Under the pieces are notes generated by a model. It worked only from the letters and a program-made list of their open reading frames with translations, did no database searches and was not told where the DNA came from. From an uncultured Nitrospinaceae bacterium (GTDB lineage: Bacteria > UBA8248), in the NCBI GenBank assembly GCA_964005815.1, contig CAXFSR010000009.1, forward strand, positions 32,001-96,000: 64,000 nucleotides of DNA. Reading direction: 5' to 3'. Position 1 is the stretch's first letter, and each line of letters opens with the position of its first letter. The position numbers and the translations under genes are program-made. Shown piece by piece: positions 41,696 through 50,130 of this stretch.

Positions 41696-42724
41696 TTGAC
41701 TATTTTAAATGAGGTTTTTTTGTTTTTTGATCAATTTGATGTTTCTCCAGGAAGTGTAGGTAAATTAGAACTAAAAGTAGGAAAGATGCTTACTGGAGCA
41801 GAAACGAAATTAACAGTTCATTACATTAGAGGTTTTAAAAAAGGCCCTTTTTTAGGGATTCAGGGTTGTGTGCATGGAGATGAAGCGCAGCCTGTTCGAT
41901 CATTTTATTCACTTTTAAAATCTTTGAATCCTGAAATTTTATCAGGGACTTTAGCAATTGTTCCAGTTGCAAATCCCTACGCTTTTTCAAATTTCTCAAG
42001 GCAATCACCTGACCAACATGAACAGACAAATTTATGGAGAGCTTTTCCAGGCAATGAAGGTGGAACTTTAACTGAAAGGTATGCTTTTTTGTTGCGTTCG
42101 ATACTTATTGATAATTCCGATTTTTTTGTAGAATGTCATTCTGGAGGAACGTCTGGAAGAATTCAGTGTAGAGTGGATGTGGATCCTGATTTCACAAAAC
42201 AGGTTGGAAAGAAATCCAGACAGATGGCGTATGCGTTTGCTAGAGGCGGAGCAAGGTTGGTTCATGGTGTTCCTTTGAGTCCTAGCAGTGCTCCTGGTGT
42301 TTCTTTAAAAAAAGGAAAACCCTCTATAAGTGTTGAAGTGGGCGGTTCGTACTTACCTGAAAGTGAGGAAAACTTATACGGTGATACTATAGAGAAGGGT
42401 TTTCGTAATCTTCTAATTTATCTTCGAATGATCAGTGGAAAAGAAAAAAGAAACAAGATTCTCTATTTCGATAAATCTAAAAGAGTGGAAGTGAATCCTG
42501 CTCATGGGGGGTATCTACTTTCCCGAAAAACACAATACTCAGATTTAGGAAAAAAAGTTCGCAAGGGAGAGTTGCTTGGAGAGATGCTTGATCCTCATAC
42601 TTTAGAAATTATCGAAGAGTTACGAAGTCCTATGGAAGGGACTTTGTTCTATAGTCGTTGTAGTGGTCCAGTTGAGATAGGAAATAAGGGTTTTGCAATC
42701 GCAAGCAAAATTGAAATTAAATAA
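41696..42724 (+). CDS. Succinylglutamate desuccinylase/aspartoacylase (M14) family deacylase
   Basis: VHGDE, VANP, NLWRAFPG, CHSG and EVGG; C-terminal biotinyl-like domain. Confidence 0.85.
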   Translation: MTILNEVFLFFDQFDVSPGSVGKLELKVGKMLTGAETKLTVHYIRGFKKGPFLGIQGCVHGDEAQPVRSFYSLLKSLNPEILSGTLAIVPVANPYAFSNFSRQSPDQHEQTNLWRAFPGNEGGTLTERYAFLLRSILIDNSDFFVECHSGGTSGRIQCRVDVDPDFTKQVGKKSRQMAYAFARGGARLVHGVPLSPSSAPGVSLKKGKPSISVEVGGSYLPESEENLYGDTIEKGFRNLLIYLRMISGKEKRNKILYFDKSKRVEVNPAHGGYLLSRKTQYSDLGKKVRKGELLGEMLDPHTLEIIEELRSPMEGTLFYSRCSGPVEIGNKGFAIASKIEIK

Positions 42725-42752
42725 TAGAATTTAAATCAAACTTGGAGAACAT

Positions 42753-43220
42753 ATGCCATTTTATAATCCCAAAACTATGAAGAGGAATCTTGCGGGAGAA
42801 AGTTACAGTACTTCTGAAGGAGTATGGGCAGATGGAGACAAAATGCTTTTTGGTATTATTGACAAACCCGCAGGAACAGGGAGTAGACCTCATAGACATC
42901 CCAATGAACAGTTTATTTTTGTGCAAAAAGGAAGATTGAAAGCTATGATTGATGGGAAGCGAAAAACGATACAAACTGGAGGAATAATTCATATTCCTGC
43001 AAATTCTCTTCACAGCATGGTTGCTACAGATGATGAAGATGTGATTTTTATTGTTGCTAAAGATAATTCATGGGGGATAGAGGGAATACCAGAAGACCAA
43101 AGTATTTTTGGAGCACATCTAGGAAAGTCTGCGAAGAAAGAAGTAGTAGATAAATATACTAAAATTGCAAAGAAAGGTGAATCTGCAAAGAGCAAGAAGA
43201 AAAGTAAGAAAAGTAAGTAG
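42753..43220 (+). CDS. Cupin domain protein with Lys-rich C-terminal tail
   Basis: PHRHPNEQ...IPANSLH. Confidence 0.85.
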   Translation: MPFYNPKTMKRNLAGESYSTSEGVWADGDKMLFGIIDKPAGTGSRPHRHPNEQFIFVQKGRLKAMIDGKRKTIQTGGIIHIPANSLHSMVATDDEDVIFIVAKDNSWGIEGIPEDQSIFGAHLGKSAKKEVVDKYTKIAKKGESAKSKKKSKKSK

Positions 43221-43312
43221 AATGTTTGTTTGCACTTACTTGTTTTTCAAGTATAGTTTCTAAATCAATTTTAAAAATAAAAGATATTTTAATTCATAAA
43301 GAGGATCTAGGA

Positions 43313-44185
43313 ATGGTAACGCAGAGAGATGAAGTAAGACTTCCACCCCAAATATCTGGGAGGGAGAGAACTGTAATGTGGATAAGGGATAATGTTCCGA
43401 GCTTTATTGCAGTTATCCTAATTTGGGAAATTCTTGTTTGGTTTGCGGATGAGCCAGCTCTTTTTCCTAGTTTTGGTATTTTTCCTGGAACTTTTGGCAG
43501 TTCAATTTTACAACGTGCGTATGAAGTAATTTTTCTGAAAGCAGGGGAAACGTCATGTATTCTTTGTGTCCACGCCTGGCATACATCTTATAGAATAATT
43601 ATTGGGATAGCGATAGCTTCCGTTGTGGGAATTTCTATAGGTATTGCTATGGGTATTTCTGTTTGGTTCGAGAAATTCATGGTTCCAATCATGAGTATGT
43701 TACTGCCTATTCCAGCACTAGCATGGAGTCCAGTATGTGTTCTTTGGTTTGGCCTTGGAAATGGGACTATGATATTTATTACTGCTTTTGCCGCCGCCTT
43801 ACCGGCGATTTCTGCTACTTGGACAGGTGTGAAAACAGTAAACCCTGTTTGGACAAGGGCTGCTAGATCAATGAATGCAAGTGGAATGGTTCTTTTCCGG
43901 AAAATTACTCTACCTGGTTCATTGCCGTTTATTTTGTCTGGTATTCGTATTGGTCTTGCTCGTGCATGGAGAGCTGGAATTGCTGCAGAAATGGTTGCTG
44001 CTAGTGACTGGGGACTTGGGTACGCGATCTTTGATAGCCGAGAAGATTTGGATATGAGTTTTATGCTTGTTGGAATTGCAACTATCGCTCTTGTTGGTTT
44101 TATTATCGAAAAATTTATATTTGAAAGAGTTGAAAGAGCGACCGTAATTAAATGGGGAATGATGGCAGAGGTAGGATCAGGCTAA
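43313..44185 (+). CDS. ABC transporter permease, nitrate/sulfonate/taurine (TauC/SsuC-like)
   Basis: PIPALAW, AARSMNAS (EAA loop), LPGSLPFILSGIR and AEM..GLG. Confidence 0.88.
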   Translation: MVTQRDEVRLPPQISGRERTVMWIRDNVPSFIAVILIWEILVWFADEPALFPSFGIFPGTFGSSILQRAYEVIFLKAGETSCILCVHAWHTSYRIIIGIAIASVVGISIGIAMGISVWFEKFMVPIMSMLLPIPALAWSPVCVLWFGLGNGTMIFITAFAAALPAISATWTGVKTVNPVWTRAARSMNASGMVLFRKITLPGSLPFILSGIRIGLARAWRAGIAAEMVAASDWGLGYAIFDSREDLDMSFMLVGIATIALVGFIIEKFIFERVERATVIKWGMMAEVGSG

Positions 44186-44263
44186 TACAAAGAAGGCCAT
44201 CGCTTTAGCCGTTTATTTTAATACTATTTATTAATTGAATAACTGAAACAGATAGGGGAAATA

Positions 44264-45028
44264 ATGTCTTCCAAAGTAAGCATTCAAAATTTAGAAATGG
44301 AGTACACATTAAAAGATAGGCTTGTTCATGCATTGACGGATATTAATCTCGAAATAGAAGACGGCGAATTCCTTGTAGTCGTTGGTCTATCTGGTTGTGG
44401 CAAAACTACTCTTTTAAATATTCTAGGCGGTTTCTTTAGTCCAACAGGTGGTAGTATTAGTTTGGATGGTAGACCAATAGAAGAAGCCGGTAGGTTAAAC
44501 AGAGCAGTTGTTTTCCAGGAATATGCACTTTTCCCATGGAGAACTGCTATTGGAAATGTTGAGTTTGGTTTGGAAATGAAAGGAATAGAAAAAGAAGAGA
44601 GATTAGAGATTGCGATGAAATACCTTGAATTGGTTCATTTGGAAAAATTTGCACATTTTTATCCGCATAATCTTTCTGGTGGGATGAGACAGCGTGTTGC
44701 AGTTGCAAGAGCATATGCATATGAACCAGAATTTCTGCTTATGGATGAACCTTTTGGTGCGCTAGATGCGCAGACAAGAGAAGACTTACAATCACTGACT
44801 GTGGAAGTATGGAAGAAAACGAAGAAGACTATTTTTTATGTTACACATAATTTGAGTGAAGCAGTTTTCCTTGCGGATAGAATTATTGTTCTAGCAGGGC
44901 AACCAGGTGTAATTCATAAAGAGATTACAGTCGATATCCCAAGGTCAGAAGATTTCAAAAGAGATGTTTTTGACCCACGATTTGTAGAACTTGAAAAAGA
45001 GACTACCGAGGCTGTAAGAGGAAATTAA
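44264..45028 (+). CDS. ABC transporter ATP-binding protein (TauB/SsuB-like)
   Basis: GLSGCGKT, VFQEYALFPW, LSGGMRQR and MDEPFGALD. Confidence 0.92.
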   Translation: MSSKVSIQNLEMEYTLKDRLVHALTDINLEIEDGEFLVVVGLSGCGKTTLLNILGGFFSPTGGSISLDGRPIEEAGRLNRAVVFQEYALFPWRTAIGNVEFGLEMKGIEKEERLEIAMKYLELVHLEKFAHFYPHNLSGGMRQRVAVARAYAYEPEFLLMDEPFGALDAQTREDLQSLTVEVWKKTKKTIFYVTHNLSEAVFLADRIIVLAGQPGVIHKEITVDIPRSEDFKRDVFDPRFVELEKETTEAVRGN

Positions 45029-45098
45029 AAAATGATTTCCACATTTTTGATGCTCCCAGATGTAGTCTTGGTACTTCAAGGATTTTTGTGTTCTTCTA

Positions 45099-45761
45099 AT
45101 GAAACACCCTACGCTTCTGATTGGTAAAATGGTTGAATTAAACCATATGCCAAATGATGGAAGCGCAATGCTGGCTGTATTTTGTGATTTAGATTTTGAA
45201 GATCAAGCAGAATTTAGGCCTTGGCTTTCTGAAGATATGTTTCCCGCACGTCTTAATATTGGTTTCCAAAGTTGTGCAAGTTTTAACTTGTGTCAGGGGC
45301 AAGGTTCTGAATTTGTTACTTTGTATGAAACTCCAAGTCTCGGCTGTTTGTACGATGCACCATATCAAGAACTGCGACGCACACGGAACCCTAGAGATAC
45401 TGCATATCATAAAAAATTCCAAAATCCACTGCGCTACACACTTTCATGGATAGGTCCTGAAATTTCAAAAAACGAGAGGGGTTTTGCCCCTTTTTTGTGT
45501 ATTGAGAGATTTGATCCAACAGTTGAATCGATTGAAGAATTTAATGCATGGTTTGTTCGTAAGTATCTGCCAAGCTTTTTGAATTCAGGAAATACAGTAG
45601 GGCTAAGACGCTTTATTGCTGTCGAGGGGGCGCATAAATATTTTGTCATACAAGAATTTTTAGATCTTGAAACTTTTAGAAATGACATTCAATTAAATCA
45701 AAAGACGAAATTTGGAATGAATATTTCAGGAATTTATCAAAGAATTATTCAAAGTCCTTGA
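45099..45761 (+). CDS. Hypothetical protein with two EthD/DUF4286-like repeats (start uncertain)
   Basis: EFRPWLSEDMFP / EEFNAWFVRKYLP repeats; same architecture as 33267-34007. Confidence 0.5.
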   Translation: MKHPTLLIGKMVELNHMPNDGSAMLAVFCDLDFEDQAEFRPWLSEDMFPARLNIGFQSCASFNLCQGQGSEFVTLYETPSLGCLYDAPYQELRRTRNPRDTAYHKKFQNPLRYTLSWIGPEISKNERGFAPFLCIERFDPTVESIEEFNAWFVRKYLPSFLNSGNTVGLRRFIAVEGAHKYFVIQEFLDLETFRNDIQLNQKTKFGMNISGIYQRIIQSP

Positions 45762-45939
45762 CAGTGATTTGCTTGGGTCAACATCGAAACTATTGTGTCC
45801 ACCTCCTTAATGCATTTAATGAATGTTCGATAATTTCATGAAACTAATCAAAAGGTATAGGTGTTGAAGTTTTGTTTCTTCGAAAGCAGAATAACAGCTT
45901 CCTTGTTTTCAGATGTCTAAACGTTTGAGAGTTCGGGTG

Positions 45940-46671
45940 TTAAATTAGAAATTTGATAATCAAAGCAAGACCCATCAGTAAGATGATAATTTTAACAATT
46001 GTGAAAAATATTTTGTCAGTAAGAAACTTGTATATTTTAGTGCCTACAACAAACCCAAGTAGTACTGGAATAAACATGATAGCAGTAAGTCCTATGACTT
46101 CTGTACCTACGAGCCTTGATTGAAGGAATATTATTGTGGTTACTCGTAGAATCACTTGCGTGCTACTTAAGATAAATAGGTATCTGTTTTTTGATAAATT
46201 CATTCCTGTCAGATAAGAGGCAATAACGTGTGATGGCATACCGACAGTTCCTAACATTAATCCTGCTATTCCTCCCATTCCAATCGAACGTTTGAAAGTG
46301 CTTTCTTTTTTTTTCGTTTCTGATTCATTAAAGTGATCCCAACTAATTTGAACTATTAAATAAAGTCCCAAAATAAATTTCATCAAATTAGGATTCATAT
46401 TTAACAAGATCGTCAGTCCAATACCAAGACCTATGAGGCTGAAGATAAAAAAAGGAAGGAAAATTGAAAATCCCTCTTTTGCAGCTTCCCGAGTTCTCCA
46501 ACAGTTTAATAAACTGGTGACTAAAGTTGGTATCGAAATGACTACGATAGCGGTAGGAACATCCCAAAATAGAGAAACAGTAGGAGTTGTCAGTGTTGCA
46601 AAACCGAACCCTCCTACAGCTTTAAGACCCGAACCAATAAAGGCTGCACAAAAAACAACGAAATATTCCAT
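45940..46671 (-). CDS. Sulfite exporter TauE/SafE family
   Basis: N-terminal GGFGFA, about 8 TM helices, and a second repeat with GGIAGLMLG. Confidence 0.82.
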   Translation of the reverse strand: MEYFVVFCAAFIGSGLKAVGGFGFATLTTPTVSLFWDVPTAIVVISIPTLVTSLLNCWRTREAAKEGFSIFLPFFIFSLIGLGIGLTILLNMNPNLMKFILGLYLIVQISWDHFNESETKKKESTFKRSIGMGGIAGLMLGTVGMPSHVIASYLTGMNLSKNRYLFILSSTQVILRVTTIIFLQSRLVGTEVIGLTAIMFIPVLLGFVVGTKIYKFLTDKIFFTIVKIIILLMGLALIIKFLI

Positions 46672-46796
46672 TTTTCCTCTGTATCTACGAAAGATTTAAA
46701 TAATTTTCTATGGTATATTTGAAAAAACATACTTTATTGCATATTGTAGTATTCATCAAATTGTTTGTGGTTTTTTTATAATTAAAGGATTTATTT

Positions 46797-47222
46797 TTGT
46801 CTGTCTTATTAGAAAAAGTTCCAGATAGTCATAAACATCTACTTCAGACTAGAGCCTTGCTTTACTTGGCTACTACGATGAAAGACGGGTCTCCTCAAGT
46901 GTCACCCCTTTGGTTTAGTGTAGATGACAATTTTATACTAGTTAATTCTGCAAAAGGGAGAATTAAAGATAAGAATATGAGGAGAAATAAAAAAGTATCT
47001 GTGGCAATCGTCGATCCTGAAAATGCTTTTTTATGGATGGGTATCCAAGGGAGTGTATTAGATATAACTGAGGTAGGTGCCGATGACCATGTAGACTTAC
47101 TTGCAAAAAAATATCTAGATATGGATTCTTACCCAAATAAACAAGAGGGTCAAATTCGTGTGATTTACAAGATTAGGGCGGATAAAGTTTATACTATGGA
47201 TCCACCCCCAGCTTTTTCTTAA
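46797..47222 (+). CDS. PPOX-class putative F420-dependent oxidoreductase
   Basis: LATTMKDGSPQVSPLW, RIKDKNMRRNKKVS and LAKKY. Confidence 0.87.
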   Translation: MSVLLEKVPDSHKHLLQTRALLYLATTMKDGSPQVSPLWFSVDDNFILVNSAKGRIKDKNMRRNKKVSVAIVDPENAFLWMGIQGSVLDITEVGADDHVDLLAKKYLDMDSYPNKQEGQIRVIYKIRADKVYTMDPPPAFS

Positions 47223-47243
47223 TTTTCTTATAGGAGTAATGCA

Positions 47244-48296
47244 ATGAAGTTTTCAATCTTTTTCATCCCTTCTTGCGCTGAAGGAGAATCCTATCAAGAC
47301 GAGTATGACAACCTAATGGAGCAGTGCGTGTTAGCCGATGAATTAGGTTTTGATGCTGCTTGGGTTGCTGAACACCATTTTTCTAGAGTAGGAATGTGTC
47401 CAGATGCTCTTATGGTTGCCTTGGCAATAGCGCAGAAAACCAAAAAAATAAGGGTTGGTACGGCAATCAGTATCGTTCCTTTTCACAATCCTATTCGTCT
47501 TGCAGAACAGGCAGCCTTAGTAGATGTTTTAAGTGGTGGTAGGCTTGATTTTGGTATTGGAAGAGGTTCTCAACCCAAAGAATTTCAGGGTTTTAATATA
47601 GATCCTTCTGAGAGTCGAGAACGAATGCATGAGGGAATCGAAATTATGACTAGGCTTCTTGCTGGAGAGACGCTAACTTTTCACGGGAAGTATTACAGTT
47701 GTATTGACACAGCAATATATCCGAAACCAGTACAAGATCCTTTGCCAATTTGGATATCAGGTACTAGTCCTGAAACATATCAATATGCAGCTGAAAAGGG
47801 ATTTTATGTTATGGCTTCCGCTGGTCATAAAGGGGCAGAACATTATCTTGAAAAAATACAATTATATAAAGATGGTTTATTAGCGCAGGGAAAAGATCCC
47901 GAGGAATGCGAATATCTTTTAGCGCATAATATTCATGTTACAGATGATCCGGAATCAGCTTGGAAAGAAATTGAACCAGCAGAATCCTGGTATCTTAATT
48001 ATAGGAGTGAGGTGAATTCAATTGAAATGCCAATTGAGCAGAAAGAATCTTTAAAGAGAAATATGAGTTATAAATTATCCATACGTGAGCAAATTGAAGG
48101 AGGAGGGGTTATAGGTCCTCCGGAGAAAGTAATAGAAGATATTGAGCGTTTAGAAAAAGATTTTAAAATAAATCATGTGATGAATTTTTTGCTTAGAGGA
48201 ATTAATCAACGTGATGCAATAAAATCTTTAGAAAGATTTGCTACAGAAGTAATCCCCCACTTTAAAAAGAAAGAAGTTAAAAGTTCTGCAAATTAA
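47244..48296 (+). CDS. LLM-class flavin/F420-dependent oxidoreductase (luciferase-like)
   Basis: WVAEHHF, HNPIRLAEQAALVD, GRLDFGIGRG and FATEVIP. Confidence 0.9.
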   Translation: MKFSIFFIPSCAEGESYQDEYDNLMEQCVLADELGFDAAWVAEHHFSRVGMCPDALMVALAIAQKTKKIRVGTAISIVPFHNPIRLAEQAALVDVLSGGRLDFGIGRGSQPKEFQGFNIDPSESRERMHEGIEIMTRLLAGETLTFHGKYYSCIDTAIYPKPVQDPLPIWISGTSPETYQYAAEKGFYVMASAGHKGAEHYLEKIQLYKDGLLAQGKDPEECEYLLAHNIHVTDDPESAWKEIEPAESWYLNYRSEVNSIEMPIEQKESLKRNMSYKLSIREQIEGGGVIGPPEKVIEDIERLEKDFKINHVMNFLLRGINQRDAIKSLERFATEVIPHFKKKEVKSSAN

Positions 48297-48317
48297 TTAT
48301 TAGGAGGTTTCTATTTT

Positions 48318-48917
48318 ATGTGGATGTCATCCTTACGTTTAGGTGATACAGAAGAACCGGCTAAGTCTATTTTGGAAAAAATTAATGAGCAAAGAGGTGC
48401 AGTGCCAAAACTTTTGCTTACTATGGCACGGAGACCCGATGTGCTGAATGGTAGACAGACAATGAATATGGCAGTACATGGAGGGAATTCTACGCTTGGG
48501 AAAAGAAGGGAAGAACTAATTTCCTATTATATAGCTACTATTGGTGGTTGCTATGGTTGAACTCTTAATCATGGCCAAAATTTCCGTGATGAAAGTGGCG
48601 ATCAAGTAAGTTTGACAGATGTTGCTGGAGTTGTAATGGACAGAGACAACTCTTCCATTTTAGATGATTCAGATAAGGCGATGCTAATATTTGCAGAAAA
48701 ACTCACTTTTGACCATCATTCAATGTCTGAAGATGACCTCAATAAATTAAGAAATGTAGGTTTTAGTGATGAAAATATTTTAGATATTATTGCTTCAGTT
48801 TCTTATAGAAATTTTAGTAATCGTATTAATATATCCTTAGGTCTAGATGCTGCTCCTTTAAAGGGCCCTCAAGAGTTAATGGATGTAGTCGAATTTTCGA
48901 GGAAAGCTAACGTTTAG
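48318..48917 (+). CDS. AhpD-like/CMD peroxidase-related putative selenoprotein, CxxU motif
   Basis: ORFs 48318-48560 and 48612-48917 share a frame and are separated only by TGA 48558-48560. Read-through gives EELISYYIATIGG-C-Y-G-U-TLNHG (AhpD CxxCxxxH). The C-terminal half has FAEKLT...LRNVGFSDENI...NFSNR. Confidence 0.87.
48574..48599 (+). promoter_or_regulatory. Putative bacterial SECIS hairpin
   Basis: GCCA-aaa-TTTC-[CGTGAT]-GAAA-g-TGGC; the loop starts 24 nt after the TGA with G in second position. An alternative stem ATCATGG/CCGTGAT is also possible. Confidence 0.45.
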
Positions 48918-48941
48918 GAAGATAACTTCAAACAGAAAAGG

Positions 48942-49709
48942 ATGGGAAGAATGGCTGAATTAAGTATTAGACCTCTACATTGTGGAACTATTCATACCGA
49001 TTATTCAAATATGGTTTATTGGACCAATTTTGGAACGAAAATTGATATTCCTTCATTTATTTATTTAATTGAGGGAGCAGATCAAAAGATCGTAGTAGAT
49101 ACAAGTTATTTAGATCCTGAACGTGGGGGCGCGCCTTGGCCAGCTACTAGAACTCCAGAACAGGATGTAAAAAAACAGATTGAAAGTGCTGGTTGGAAAT
49201 GTGAGGACGTAGAAATTTTGATTCTAACCCATTTGCACTGGGATCATTCTCAGAACTGCGATCTTTTTCCTAATGCCGTAAAATATGTTTGGGCTAAAGA
49301 ATTGCAATACGCAATGTGTCCAGTTAGTTTGCAAGCCAAGCCGTATGATTCCCCGATCCACCCAAATACAAGATGGCCTGTTTATGCCCAACAAAATATT
49401 ATTTTTGAACCTATTTGGAAAGATGAATTCGAAATTGTTCCAGGTGTCATGTATTTCCATACTCCTGGACACACTCCTGGACATTGTTCTGTCGCAGTTG
49501 AGACAAAAGTTGGTACATATGTAATTGCTGCCGATGTTATACAAATACAGGAAGGGTTAGATCGACGAGTTCCTGCCGGTCAAATGTCAAGTATGAGTGA
49601 TGCTATTAATAGTATAGATAGATGTATTTCTATTGCTTCTAAAGAAGAATATATCTTGCCGGGGCATGAAATTACAGTTCTTGAGCATGATGTTTATCCT
49701 TATGTCTAA
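48942..49709 (+). CDS. N-acyl homoserine lactonase-like MBL-fold hydrolase
   Basis: THLHWDH (HxHxDH), TPGHTPGH, AAD and PGHE. Confidence 0.87.
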   Translation: MGRMAELSIRPLHCGTIHTDYSNMVYWTNFGTKIDIPSFIYLIEGADQKIVVDTSYLDPERGGAPWPATRTPEQDVKKQIESAGWKCEDVEILILTHLHWDHSQNCDLFPNAVKYVWAKELQYAMCPVSLQAKPYDSPIHPNTRWPVYAQQNIIFEPIWKDEFEIVPGVMYFHTPGHTPGHCSVAVETKVGTYVIAADVIQIQEGLDRRVPAGQMSSMSDAINSIDRCISIASKEEYILPGHEITVLEHDVYPYV

Positions 49710-49742
49710 CTGTCAACTTTACTATCCTATGGAAGGTTAATA

Positions 49743-50120
49743 ATGGCGATGAGTGAAAGGGGCAAAGCCCTTTACGATCAGATGTTGGCTGCAAGAGGAT
49801 TTATTTATCCCGCATATGAACTTCTATGTGAGGTTGACCCTGATCTCTTGGAGCATTATGAAGAATTGAAGAACCATATAATGAAGAAAGAAGGTCCTTT
49901 CCATGAAAAATACAAGGAACTCTTCATAGCGGTTGCGAGTGCTTCTCGCGACCCTTCCGACTTGGAAGGTATTCGTAATCACCTAAAGAAAGCACTTCAA
50001 CTTGGTGCAACGGTAGAAGAGGCTACTGAAGCTCTAGAATGTATGTTGCCTCCATGTGGAATGACCGCATTAGTTGCAGGATGTAATCAATTAAAAGAAG
50101 TCATTGACGAAGGCTATTAA
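49743..50120 (+). CDS. CMD/AhpD-like family protein
   Basis: KYKELFIAVA...HLKKALQLGATVEE. Confidence 0.8.
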   Translation: MAMSERGKALYDQMLAARGFIYPAYELLCEVDPDLLEHYEELKNHIMKKEGPFHEKYKELFIAVASASRDPSDLEGIRNHLKKALQLGATVEEATEALECMLPPCGMTALVAGCNQLKEVIDEGY

Positions 50121-50130
50121 TCTAAAATGT

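Noticed and set aside
43550..43575. c-type haem motif in the ABC permease (CILCVH)
   Set aside because: The pattern is CxxCxH, not CxxCH.
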